Source of the DNA: Vulcanimicrobiota bacterium | GTDB taxonomy: Bacteria > Vulcanimicrobiota > Vulcanimicrobiia > Eremiobacterales > Eremiobacteraceae | Length of the DNA stretch: 64,000 nucleotides | Assembly (NCBI GenBank): GCA_963812135.1 | Contig: CAWETU010000005.1 | Location: 224,001-288,000, forward strand | Direction of reading: 5' to 3' | Shown: positions 46,748 to 56,167 of the stretch, in pieces | Numbering within the stretch: the stretch's first letter is position 1 | How the letters are laid out: each line of letters begins with the position of its first letter | The notes under the pieces: generated by a model | Told to the model about the DNA's origin: nothing | Database searches by the model: none | The model's input: only the letters and a program-made list of their open reading frames with translations | Translations under genes and position numbers: made by a program

Positions 46748-47119
46748 ATGTCGCTTGCGGCGGTCCTCGTCGCTTGTTGTACGTTCGCATGCAGTTCCTC
46801 CGCGACCGCACCGCTCGGGCAGGTGGTCGCCACGCCGAACAGCATCGCCTTCACATGCCTCTCGGCGACGATGACGTTCACTGTGTCTCAACAGAACTAC
46901 TCAGGCTCGTTCACGGCAGTAAGCAACGACAACACGGTAGCGACCGTCGCGGCCGGTACGCAACCGAATTCGTTCGTGGTCACCTCGCAAGAGGGTGCCG
47001 GTCAAACGACCACCATCACTGTGACGGGCGGCGGTAACATGACGACGTCGGTCATGGTGACGGATCCGACGTGCGTCTGCCGGCGCCATCACGACATGTG
47101 GGCCAGCATCGCTCGATAG
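46748..47119 (+). CDS. Small Thr/Ser-rich lipoprotein, Ig-like
   Basis: Lipobox-like TFAC followed by a beta-rich body (FTVSQ..YSGSFTA.S....VATV). Confidence 0.65.
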   Translation: MSLAAVLVACCTFACSSSATAPLGQVVATPNSIAFTCLSATMTFTVSQQNYSGSFTAVSNDNTVATVAAGTQPNSFVVTSQEGAGQTTTITVTGGGNMTTSVMVTDPTCVCRRHHDMWASIAR

Positions 47120-47124
47120 ACGAA

Positions 47125-47859
47125 CTACATCGGGTGCGCGGGCCGGTGAATGTGCGCGGTCGGTTTGACCAGCGGATCCGAATCGTTGAACGCGCCCTTG
47201 GGGTTCGGCACGAGCCACATGCTCGCGATCCAGATCTCCGGCAATTGAAAGATCGCAACGACGTCGGCGGGTTTTCGGGCGATCCCCAAAAGCACCAGCG
47301 GCTGCGCCGTCGGATGCGCAGGGTCGCCGCCGTTCGCCCGATAGGTCGGATTGAGCAGCGATCCGTAGCGCATCGTGCCGTCCGGTTCTTTCACGACGTA
47401 ATGCATGTGCGCGATGAAATGCACCCATCGCCCGGGTTGCAGTCCCCAGATGTCCGGACGCTTGCTCCGGTCGGCGACCGCCATCGTGTAGTCCGTTCCG
47501 ATCAGTCGACCGTGCGCGTCGTACCAGAGCTGCGCCGGATGGCTCGGATCATCGGTGAACCAGTGAAGATCTGTGAACGAGATGATTCCATCTTGATCCT
47601 CATCAGTGTAGCGGATGTAACCGGCCGCGCGGGCTGCGCTCTCGTCTGCGAAGCGCGCGTGCAAATCCGGCGTGACCCGCGCGAGGAACTTGCCCTCCGC
47701 CGCGTCCGGGACCGGTGGCAACATCGGTTGCGCCATCGGCATGCTCATCGCGGGAGCCGGCGCCGCGGCCGGCGGCGGCGTGTTTGTTTGACGCGAGCAT
47801 GCGACTGTGCTGAGACTGATGAGCGCGATACCCGCTAGTGCGCGCAGACGGGATCTCAC
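47125..47859 (-). CDS. Hypothetical lipoprotein
   Basis: Lipobox TVAC, Pro/Met-rich linker, AAGY, HMHY and WLVPNPKGAF. Confidence 0.8.
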   Translation of the reverse strand: MRSRLRALAGIALISLSTVACSRQTNTPPPAAAPAPAMSMPMAQPMLPPVPDAAEGKFLARVTPDLHARFADESAARAAGYIRYTDEDQDGIISFTDLHWFTDDPSHPAQLWYDAHGRLIGTDYTMAVADRSKRPDIWGLQPGRWVHFIAHMHYVVKEPDGTMRYGSLLNPTYRANGGDPAHPTAQPLVLLGIARKPADVVAIFQLPEIWIASMWLVPNPKGAFNDSDPLVKPTAHIHRPAHPM

Positions 47860-49169
47860 TGCAGCCGTTCGCTCAAATACGGCGCCAGCTGATCGATCGC
47901 CACGCGCACTTGCTGTTTCGTGTCGCGATCGCGCACCGTCACGTCTTTCTTTTCGAGGCTCTCGTAGTCGACGGTCACGCAGTACGGCGTGCCGATCTCG
48001 TCCTGGCGGTAGTAGCGCTTGCCGACGTTGCCTGAGTCGTCAAACGTCGTTCGCATATGCGGGCGCAAGCTTTTCTCGATGCTCGACGCGAGTTCGACGA
48101 TGTCGGGCTTGTTGCGCACGAGCGGAAACACCGCGACTTTGTACGGCGCCAAGCGCGGGTGCAAGTGGAGCACGGTGCGATCCGCTTCCTTCTCATAGGC
48201 GTCGATCAGGAAGACGAGCAGCGCGCGGTCGACCCCAAGCGCCGGCTCGACCACCGCGGGCAGATATTTGGCCTTTGTCTCCTCGTCGAAGTACGAGAGG
48301 TCTTTACCGCTCGCGTTGACGTGTTGGGTCAGGTCGAAACTGCCGCGATGCGCGATGCCCTCGAGCTCGCCCCAGCCGAACGGATAATCGTACTCGAGAT
48401 CGGTGGTGGCGCTGCTGTAGTGCGCCAGGTCGGCGCCGCTGTATTCGTGTTTGCGCAGGCGATCGCGCTGAACCCCGAGCGACAGCCACCATTGATAGCG
48501 CTGCTCGACCCAGTAGCGGTACCAGCGCAGTCCTTCTTCGGCGTTTTCCGACGGCACGAAATACTCGAGCTCCATCAATTCGAACTCGCGCGAGCGGAAG
48601 ATGAAATTGCCGGGCGTGATCTCATTGCGGAACGCCTTGCCGATCTGCGCGATGCCGAAGGGGGGCTTCTTGCGCGCGGTTTGATACGCGAGCTTGAAGT
48701 CGACGAACATGCCCTGCGCGGTCTCGGGCCGCAAGTACGCTTCGGACGACGCGTCCGACATCGCGCCGACGAACGTCTTGAACATCAGGTTGAACGCGCG
48801 CGGCTCCGTGAGCGTCTTGTTTCCGCAAGCTGGGCACTGATCGCCGCTGATCTGGTCGGCGCGAAAGCGCTTCTTGCACGTCTTGCAGTCCACCATGAGG
48901 TCGGTGAAGTTCTCGACGTGGCCCGATGCGCGCCACACGTCAGGGTGCATGATAATGGAAGACTCGAGGCCCACCACGTCGTCGCGCAGCGCCACCATCT
49001 CGCGCCACCACGCCTCACGCACGTTGCGCTTGAGCTCCGTGCCGACGGGGCCGTAGTCCCACATCCCGTTGATGCCACCGTAGATCTCGCTCGACGGAAA
49101 AATAAAACCGCGGCGCTTTGCAAGCGCCGTGATCTCATCCATGGTTGGTTTTGGCCGGGGCGGACTCAT
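47856..49169 (-). CDS. glyQS: Glycine--tRNA ligase (homodimeric alpha2 type)
   Basis: LAKRRGF.FPSSEIYGG, YLRPETAQG, FRNEITP, EPALGVDR and RQDEIGTP. Confidence 0.98.
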   Translation of the reverse strand: MSPPRPKPTMDEITALAKRRGFIFPSSEIYGGINGMWDYGPVGTELKRNVREAWWREMVALRDDVVGLESSIIMHPDVWRASGHVENFTDLMVDCKTCKKRFRADQISGDQCPACGNKTLTEPRAFNLMFKTFVGAMSDASSEAYLRPETAQGMFVDFKLAYQTARKKPPFGIAQIGKAFRNEITPGNFIFRSREFELMELEYFVPSENAEEGLRWYRYWVEQRYQWWLSLGVQRDRLRKHEYSGADLAHYSSATTDLEYDYPFGWGELEGIAHRGSFDLTQHVNASGKDLSYFDEETKAKYLPAVVEPALGVDRALLVFLIDAYEKEADRTVLHLHPRLAPYKVAVFPLVRNKPDIVELASSIEKSLRPHMRTTFDDSGNVGKRYYRQDEIGTPYCVTVDYESLEKKDVTVRDRDTKQQVRVAIDQLAPYLSERLQ

Positions 49170-49212
49170 CGTCGGCCCGTTTCGCACTTGCCGCAGCGAT
49201 ATCCGCCGTCGA

Positions 49213-49236
49213 CGGTCGAATAAATCCGACCGCTAC
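49213..49236 (-). repeat. REP-like palindrome (GTAG type), copy 2
   Basis: Minus strand reads GTAGCGGTCGGATTTATTCGACCG. Confidence 0.75.
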
Positions 49237-49757
49237 ATGCTCGTCTGCGTCAACTCCTTGACGAACGGCTCGGCGGCCGCGTGGCGATAGCGATACGGAT
49301 CGGGCGCGGCCGCCGGCAGCGCCTGATCCGCGCCCGCCGCCGCATCATATGCGCGCTTGAATTTCGGCCCGGCCTCGCCGGTATCCATGACCGCCATCAC
49401 GTACGCGCGCAGCAGCGCGTGTTCATACCCCTTCGACTTCGTCTCTGCGACGGTCCACACAACCGGCCTGAACGGCTGCTGGCGGTTCGCGCCGACGCCC
49501 ACGTAGTACACGAGCGGATCCCACGCGGGCATCGCCGAGGCGGGTCGCGTTTCGAGCAGAATCGATCCTTGATTCTGTTTGAGCTCCTCGAGCACCACTG
49601 CCATCAGCGTGACGACGTCGACGCGATTGAATTGCTCGGGAGCCGGTGTGACGGTCGCGCTCGGCGCGGGCGTCGCGTCGGCGGCGAATGCGGGCATCGC
49701 GAACAGCGCACACGAGAGGAGCGCGCCCATCCCCACCACCCAGCGCGCGCTCGGCAT
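49233..49757 (-). CDS. Secreted hypothetical protein
   Basis: Signal peptide ending AFA, followed by an ATPAPS linker. Confidence 0.75.
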   Translation of the reverse strand: MPSARWVVGMGALLSCALFAMPAFAADATPAPSATVTPAPEQFNRVDVVTLMAVVLEELKQNQGSILLETRPASAMPAWDPLVYYVGVGANRQQPFRPVVWTVAETKSKGYEHALLRAYVMAVMDTGEAGPKFKRAYDAAAGADQALPAAAPDPYRYRHAAAEPFVKELTQTSM

Positions 49758-49762
49758 CGCTG

Positions 49763-51091
49763 TTACGTAGGCGCTCGAAGTGCGCGCCACATATCGATGA
49801 TCTTTGGTGGCTTGCCATACATGAGCACACCGACTCGATACAGTTTGCCCGCCATGAGCGTGAGCGCCCAGATCGCCACGAGCGAGAGTCCGATGGACAC
49901 GGCGATCTGCCATGCCGGCACGCTTGACGTGGCGACGCGCGTGAACATGACCATCGGACTGATGAGCGGGATCATCGAGGACCAGATGATCAGCGGCTTG
50001 TCTGGATCGCCCATCAGCGCGACGAGCGCGACGATGTAGGCGGCGATGATCGGGATCATCGCGATGCCATTGAGCTGCTGCACGTCCTCCGATTTGCTGC
50101 ACAACGCGCCGATGCCCGCGAACAGCGCGGCATACGAGAAGAACCCGATGAGGAAGAACGCGACGAGATAGATCAGCGTCGACACCGGCAGCGAGCCGGC
50201 CATCAACGATTGCATCCCCGCAGCGGCGGAACTCGAGCCTGCCATGCCGCCTTGCGCTGCGGCTGCCTGGTGCGCGAGCGCGGTCGCTTCGGTCGGCGAC
50301 ATCGTGCTGGCGATGATCAACACGAGGACGATGGCCGCGCCAGCGGCACCGAGCGCGAAAATCACCATCTGCGTCAGCGCGAGGGCGCCGATGCCGAAGA
50401 TCTTGCCGGCCAACAGCTGCGCAGGGCGCACGGCGCCGATCATCACCTCCATGACGCGGTTTGATTTCTCTTCGATCACCCCCTGAGCCACCTGCACGCC
50501 ATACAGAATGGTCGCGCCGTAGAGCAGGATGAGCAGGACGTAGACGAGGCCGCCCGCGAGTTTCTCTTCACCCTCCGACTTGTATCGTTCGTTCAACGCG
50601 ATCGTCTTGAACGGGAAGTCGAGCGCGCGCTTGGCTGAACTTGCCGTCGAACCGGCGAGATCTGCATTGATCGCGACCGGCACGAGTTGGGCGCGCAAAC
50701 TCCGCGTTTCTTCGAGCAAGCTGGCCTGACGTGGGTAAAACGCGAACGCCAGTCCTTGAGGCGTGCGATAGGCGACGAGCGCCGCATCGTATTTCTTGGA
50801 CTTCACCTGATCGGCGATCGCGGGCGGCAAGGTCGCATCGACCGCCTTTGCTTTGGAGATCGTCACCTCGTAACCGCCGCCGATCGCGCTCGCGATGGCT
50901 TGCGCCACCTTCTGATCGGGTGCGACAACGACCAACTTGTGCGAGAAGTTGTTCCCCAACCACCTGCCCGCGAGCGGCAACAGCGCGAGCGCGAACATGC
51001 CGGCCACGATCAGCAGCGTGCCGATGATAAAGCTGCGGCTCTTTATCCGCTCGATGAACTCTCGTCTGATGATGATCCCGGTCGTGCTCAC
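49763..51091 (-). CDS. ABC-2 type permease (YhaP/NatB-like)
   Basis: RREF.ER.KSRSF, EEKSNRVMEV and AGKIFG. Confidence 0.93.
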   Translation of the reverse strand: MSTTGIIIRREFIERIKSRSFIIGTLLIVAGMFALALLPLAGRWLGNNFSHKLVVVAPDQKVAQAIASAIGGGYEVTISKAKAVDATLPPAIADQVKSKKYDAALVAYRTPQGLAFAFYPRQASLLEETRSLRAQLVPVAINADLAGSTASSAKRALDFPFKTIALNERYKSEGEEKLAGGLVYVLLILLYGATILYGVQVAQGVIEEKSNRVMEVMIGAVRPAQLLAGKIFGIGALALTQMVIFALGAAGAAIVLVLIIASTMSPTEATALAHQAAAAQGGMAGSSSAAAGMQSLMAGSLPVSTLIYLVAFFLIGFFSYAALFAGIGALCSKSEDVQQLNGIAMIPIIAAYIVALVALMGDPDKPLIIWSSMIPLISPMVMFTRVATSSVPAWQIAVSIGLSLVAIWALTLMAGKLYRVGVLMYGKPPKIIDMWRALRAPT

Positions 51092-51990
51092 GCCGCGTGC
51101 TCCTCAGGTTGGACATAGTGAAGGTAGATGTCGTTGAGGCTCGGCTCGACGATCTCGAAATGGTCGACCGGCCCGGCCGCGATCGCGGCGCGCAGCAACT
51201 GGGCAGGCGATACGTCCGGCGGCGCCTTGATATTGACGAACCCGTTTTCTGAGGGACGCGCGCTCGCACCGGGAAAGCGGTCGATGAAGCTAAGATCGGG
51301 GATCGCCGTCATGCGGATGAACCGGTCGGGCCACGTCTGTTTGATCTGCGCCAAATTGCCGCTGACGACCGCACGCGAGCGGTCGATGATGCAGATATCG
51401 CTCGTGAGCTCTTCGACCTGCTCCATGCGATGGCTCGAGAGCAAGACGGCGGTGCCGGCCCGCTCGAGATCGCGAATGGCGCCCTTGAGTATCTCGACGT
51501 TGATCGGATCGAAACCCGAGAACGGCTCGTCCAGGACCAGCACCGGCGGTCGGTGCACGACCGCGGCGATGAACTGCACCTTTTGCTGATTGCCCTTCGA
51601 CAGCTCGTTGGGCTTCTTGCCGAGATTTTCCGTGAGCTTGAACGATTCGGAGAGCTCGGCGATGCGCCGTTTCGCGTCGGGAGTCTCCATGCCGTGCAGC
51701 CGGGCGAAATACAGCAGTTGATCCGAGATCTTCATCTGCGGATAGAGGCCGCGTTCCTCAGGCAGATAGCCGAACGTGCGACGGATGTCCGCGTCGACAA
51801 TCTTGCCTTGCCAACGCACCTGGCCGCGGTCCGGCTGCAAGATGTCGAGCACCATGCGGATCGTGGTCGTCTTGCCCGCGCCGTTCGGCCCGAGCAGTCC
51901 GAAGACGGCGCCGGGTTTGGCGGTGAACGAAAGATCGGTGACCGCCTTGGTCGCGCCGAACGCCTTCGAGATGTTCTGGACTTCGAGCAA
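51088..51990 (-). CDS. ABC transporter ATP-binding protein (YhaQ-like; start may be CTG 52005)
   Basis: GPNGAGKT, GYLPEERGLY, LSKGNQQK, LDEPFSG and EPSLNDIY. Confidence 0.93.
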   Translation of the reverse strand: MLEVQNISKAFGATKAVTDLSFTAKPGAVFGLLGPNGAGKTTTIRMVLDILQPDRGQVRWQGKIVDADIRRTFGYLPEERGLYPQMKISDQLLYFARLHGMETPDAKRRIAELSESFKLTENLGKKPNELSKGNQQKVQFIAAVVHRPPVLVLDEPFSGFDPINVEILKGAIRDLERAGTAVLLSSHRMEQVEELTSDICIIDRSRAVVSGNLAQIKQTWPDRFIRMTAIPDLSFIDRFPGASARPSENGFVNIKAPPDVSPAQLLRAAIAAGPVDHFEIVEPSLNDIYLHYVQPEEHAA

Positions 51991-52001
51991 CGTCGTCTCC
52001 G

Positions 52002-53112
52002 TCAGGTCTTGGCGTGTTCCACGCGCAGCTGGCCGCAGGCCGCAGCGATGTCGTCGCCCATCGTATGTCGCAACGTGCTCGGCACGCCGCGTTCGCGCAG
52101 GATCTCTTGGAAGCGGATGGTCGCGGCCGGCGACGAGCGGCGATACGGGGCATCCGTCGCATTGTACGGGATCAGGTTGACGTGGTGCAGCGGACCGCCG
52201 AGCAAATCGGCGAGCTGGCGCGCGTCGTCGGGCGAATCGTTGACACCCCCTAGCAGGATGTACTCGTAGAACACCTTGCGGCGCGTGCGGGCCACATATG
52301 CGCGGGTGGCGGCCATGAGTTTGGCGATCGGCCACTTCTTGTTGATCGGCATCAGTTTGGTGCGCAGCCGCGTCGTCCGCCGCGTGCAGCGAGATCGCCA
52401 AGTTGACCTGGATGCCCTCGTCCGTGAAACGGTCGATGCCCGTCACGACGCCGGCGGTGGAAATCGTCATGTGGCGTGCACCAAGGTTGAAGCCGGCGGC
52501 GTCGTTCAGCAGCGCGACGGATTCCATGACGCGATCGTAGTTGAGGAAGGGCTCGCCCATGCCCATGAACACGATGTTCGTGAGGGAGCGCCCTTCAGTG
52601 CGCGCGCGCCGCGCGACGTCCACCGCCTGGTCGAAGATCTCGAGCGCGCTCAGGTTGCGGAAGAACCCGCCCTGTCCGGTGGCGCAGAAATCGCATTTCA
52701 GCGCGCAGCCGGCTTGCGACGAGATGCATGCAGTCGTACGGCCGCCGCGATGGCGCATGAGAACGGCTTCGACTTCCTTGCCGTCGGCAAGCCGGAAGAG
52801 CAGCTTCGTCGTCTGCTTGTCGCCGGAGGTCGCCTCGTGTTCAAGCTCGAGGCTCGAGAATTTCAGCGTCTGCGTGAGCTGCTCGCGCAGTTTGAGCGGC
52901 AGCACGCTGATCTCGGCGAACGAGGGGACGAACTCTTTGGTCGCCGCGCGATAGATCTGGGTCAAGCGATAACGCGCAAGGCCAAGCGATTCCGTCAGCG
53001 CTTCAGCGCTCTCGAACCCGGCCTCTTTAGCGCGGCCGTTCCACCAGATCGCCAACGCGTCTCGTTTACCGGCAGCCGGGACCGGGGCGGTCTTCATAGT
53101 CGTGGCCGTCAC
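52002..53112 (-). CDS. rlmN: Dual-specificity RNA methyltransferase RlmN (one +1 frameshift near 52369)
   Basis: CISSQAGCALKCDFC, MGMGEP and ISLHA, with the second frame giving EYILL...NLIPYN...DIAAACGQL. Confidence 0.93.
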
Positions 53113-53808
53113 AGATCGAGCCTCAGTTCTTCTTCGCCTGGTTTCTCCGAGGTCGCTGCGACCGCTCGGGATCCCACAGGTTCGTCGCTACTCGATACAA
53201 GCGCGTCGAGTTTCGCGCGCACCGCCTGCAGGTCGGCCCAGACTAGTTTCTTCACCGCGGTCATGTTCCCGCCGGTCAATCGCAAGATATACGCTGGATG
53301 GTAGGTGGCCATGAGATCCGCACCGCCGGGACCGCGGAACCACATGCCGCGCTGGCGCGTGATCGAGAACCCCGGTCCGAGGAACGATTTCGCGGCGGGC
53401 GCGCCCAACGCCAGGATGATCTTTGGTTTGAGGGTCTCCAGCTCGATGTCGAGATACTCGCGACAATTCGCCATCTCTTCTTGCATCGGGGCGCGGTTCG
53501 CGATGCGGCCGCTCTCGTCGGTCGTCGCGCGGCATTTGATGGTGTTGGTGATGAACACGTCCTCCCGGCGCAAGCCGATCGCGCCGAGCATCTTCGTGAG
53601 CAGCTCGCCCGCGCGCCCGACGAACGGCGCGCCTTGCTTGTCTTCCGATTCGCCCGGCCCTTCGCCGACGATGACCAGCGGCGATGAAGGATCGCCGACG
53701 CCGCATACGACCTTGGTGCGCGTGTAACCGATCGGACAGCGCCGGCATGCGTCGGCGATCTCATGCAGCCGGGCGAGCGCACGCCCGTCGCTCCGCGGTG
53801 TCCATCAT
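53109..53808 (-). CDS. Family 4 uracil-DNA glycosylase (one +1 frameshift near 53785)
   Basis: CRRC, VGEGPG.SEDKQG.PFVGRAG, TN..KC and TYHPAY. The start ATG is out of frame by one G. Confidence 0.92.
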
Positions 53809-54716
53809 CCGTGCGCCATCAGCGCGTTGACGCCCGCGCGTACGCCGAGGACGAGCGCGACGAGCGCCGCGACGTAGAAGAGGTAACGCGCGACCAGCGC
53901 GACCGACAACGACCAGTACCACGCCAGTCCGTGATGCTTGATCCAATACAGCCGCCGGCTGCGCTGACGCCAATTCAGCACGCCGACCGAGCCCCACGTT
54001 TTATGGCTGCCGCCCTGCTCGGACTTGTGCATCGCGACACACTGGGGCAAGAAGACCACGCGCTCGCCGCGATCGCGCAGCTGATGCGCGAAATCGATCT
54101 CCTCATGATACAGGAAGAAACGCTCGTCGAAGCCGCCGAGCTGCGCGAAGACATCGGCGCGGATGAACATCGCTGCACCCACGATGAGGTCGACGTCGCG
54201 TTCGCTCGAGTAGTCGAAGGTTGACAGCGCGTAACCGTTCGACTGCGCGCGAAACCACGGCAGTTCGCCCCATGCGGAGCTGCGCAAGAACGCCTGCCAC
54301 CACGTGTCGAACTCGCCGCACGACGGCGCGACGCTGCCGTCTTCGTTGAGCAGCTTCGCGCCGGCCATCGCGACGTCGGGATGCGAGTTGAAGTAGTCCA
54401 CCGCGTTGCGCAGCAGTCCAGGTTTGGCGCGCGCATCGGGATTGAGGAAGAACAGCAGCGGCGTGTGGGCCGCGCGCGCGCCGATATTGCAGGCCTTGGC
54501 GAAACCGAGATTGGCGCCGTTCTCCAGCACGGTGGCTGTCGGGTATGCGGCTTTGGCGCGCGCGACGCTGTCGTCCGCCGATCCGTTGTCGGAGACGATC
54601 ACCTCTGCAAAGGCCGCGTCGCCGGCAACCTCAGGCAGCTGTGCGATCGACTGCAAGCAGTCCTCGAGCTCGTCGGCGGCGTTATAACTGACGACGATGA
54701 CCGAAACGGCGGGCAT
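53805..54716 (-). CDS. GT2 glycosyltransferase
   Basis: VSVIVVSYN, DNGSAD, NLGF, LNPD and GGFDERFFLYHEEID. Confidence 0.95.
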   Translation of the reverse strand: MPAVSVIVVSYNAADELEDCLQSIAQLPEVAGDAAFAEVIVSDNGSADDSVARAKAAYPTATVLENGANLGFAKACNIGARAAHTPLLFFLNPDARAKPGLLRNAVDYFNSHPDVAMAGAKLLNEDGSVAPSCGEFDTWWQAFLRSSAWGELPWFRAQSNGYALSTFDYSSERDVDLIVGAAMFIRADVFAQLGGFDERFFLYHEEIDFAHQLRDRGERVVFLPQCVAMHKSEQGGSHKTWGSVGVLNWRQRSRRLYWIKHHGLAWYWSLSVALVARYLFYVAALVALVLGVRAGVNALMAHG

Positions 54717-54798
54717 GGGTTTGATGTTCTAAAGCAGGTGCGGGAAAACCCGGCGGGCTCGCTCGCGTGCGCCCGCTAGACATCGCGCGGGCTTCAGG

Positions 54799-55225
54799 TC
54801 ACCAATCGACAATCCAGCACGGGTTCCCAACGTGCGCTTTGAAATGTACTATGGTTCCAGCTGTAAGCACGAACCGGTTCAGGTCCGGGTGCTCGGGAAA
54901 TATGACGTCGGAAATCACTCCATTGCGCATGATGACCCTGACCTGTCCAACATCAGCGATTCACACACCCCGGGTCTCCGGCTTGCCAAGCGCGGCCTTG
55001 CAGCGAGCACTGCCCGTTCTGAAGGGGAGTAGCCGCCGGCTTGTATTGTGAGAAATAGAAGTCGATGGCTGTCGCTTGATTAAGAAGGTAGCTGCTATGT
55101 CCGATATCCATTTGCGCGACCGTAGATTTGCAAGTAAGGAACAGGTTGTCCGCGCGCGCCGGCTGACCAACCAAGACGATCGTTGTTGCAGCGAGCACCA
55201 CCGTGACGAGGATGATATTCTTCAT
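54799..55225 (-). CDS. Secreted 4-Cys protein, tandem paralog B (one +1 frameshift near 54960)
   Basis: Removing one A gives ...GDPGCV-IADVGQ...HFKAHVGNPCWIVDW, colinear with paralog A. Confidence 0.75.
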
Positions 55226-55230
55226 AGGTG

Positions 55231-55659
55231 TCACCAATCGACCTTCCAGCACGGGTGGTCCACATGCGCCTTGAAATGGTATACGTATCCCCCACCGAGC
55301 ACGAAGCCCGCCAGGTCCGAGTGTTCGGAAAACGACGCGGTGTAAATCCTTCCATTGCGCATCAAGAAATTGAACTGCCCGATATCAGCGAGCACGCAAT
55401 TTGGATCTCCGGATTGCCAACTGCGGCCCGCCAACGAGCACTGTCCATTCTGAAGCGGGATGTTCGACGGTTGCCATTCTCTGAAATAGAACGTGAGATA
55501 GGTCAGTTGGTTGACGAACGCGCTACTATGGCCGACTTCCATCTGCGGAAACGACGACTTGCACGTCAGCATCAGATTGTCGGCGCGCGCCGGCTGAGCG
55601 ACCAAGACGATTGATGTCACAGCAAGCACCGACGCGAGTGCTGTGGCAAGATGTTTCAT
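55231..55659 (-). CDS. Secreted 4-Cys protein, tandem paralog A
   Basis: AGGAG RBS, signal peptide ending ARA, and C-terminus HPCWKVDW. Confidence 0.8.
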   Translation of the reverse strand: MKHLATALASVLAVTSIVLVAQPARADNLMLTCKSSFPQMEVGHSSAFVNQLTYLTFYFREWQPSNIPLQNGQCSLAGRSWQSGDPNCVLADIGQFNFLMRNGRIYTASFSEHSDLAGFVLGGGYVYHFKAHVDHPCWKVDW

Positions 55660-55737
55660 CTCACACTCCTTCGGTCCACCAAAACGTTGCACGAGCTTTA
55701 GGGACCGACCCTGCCCAACCTGCATCGCCAGCTCTAG

Positions 55738-55768
55738 AAAAAAAACGAGCGTCTTTGCAGACGCTCGT
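55738..55768 (-). terminator. Intrinsic terminator
   Basis: CGAGCGTCT-GCAA-AGACGCTCG hairpin followed by T8. Confidence 0.85.
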
Positions 55769-55785
55769 CGGGTGGTTCCGTTCTA

Positions 55786-55807
55786 CGGTCGAATAAATCC
55801 GACCGCT
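55786..55807 (-). repeat. REP-like palindrome, copy 3
   Basis: Minus strand reads AGCGGTCGGATTTATTCGACCG. Confidence 0.7.
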
Positions 55808-55812
55808 CTATG

Positions 55813-56064
55813 CTACGAGGCTTTCTGGACCGTCGCAGGCTCCATGGCTGGCAGCGCGTTCAGCGCGTCCAGGATCATGGAGAGCGGGATGCCGTAGCCT
55901 TCGCTCACTTGCTCGATCGTCTCGAATTCCGAGATCGCGCAGTGGGCGCATCCCCCGAGGTGAAAGTTGGCGAAGACTGCTCTCGCACCAGGGTGGAGAG
56001 CAAATGCTTCGCCGACGGTCAGGCTTTGATGAAACGTTGGACTGTCTGTACTGACGGCGACCAC
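55813..56064 (-). CDS. DUF1858-like small CxxC protein
   Basis: TVGE...HPGARAVF..FHLGGCAHC.....ETIEQ...YGI. Start approximate. Confidence 0.8.
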   Translation of the reverse strand: MVAVSTDSPTFHQSLTVGEAFALHPGARAVFANFHLGGCAHCAISEFETIEQVSEGYGIPLSMILDALNALPAMEPATVQKAS

Positions 56065-56167
56065 CCCCTTCTCCCGTCGTGCGCCGTCTTTTTCTCTTCT
56101 TGTGACAGCAGCCGCGGGTTGATACAAGAGCAGTATTCGGGGCGGTACCCTGCCGAACCTCCGCTGC

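Noticed and set aside
51088..53112. 674-aa radical SAM-ABC ATPase fusion in the ORF track
   Set aside because: It is an artefact of the +1 insertion in rlmN. The RlmN C-terminus is intact in another frame (52002-52352).
37418..55807. Palindromic repeats as a CRISPR array
   Set aside because: The copies are kilobases apart with no spacers and no cas genes. No CRISPR array was seen in the window.
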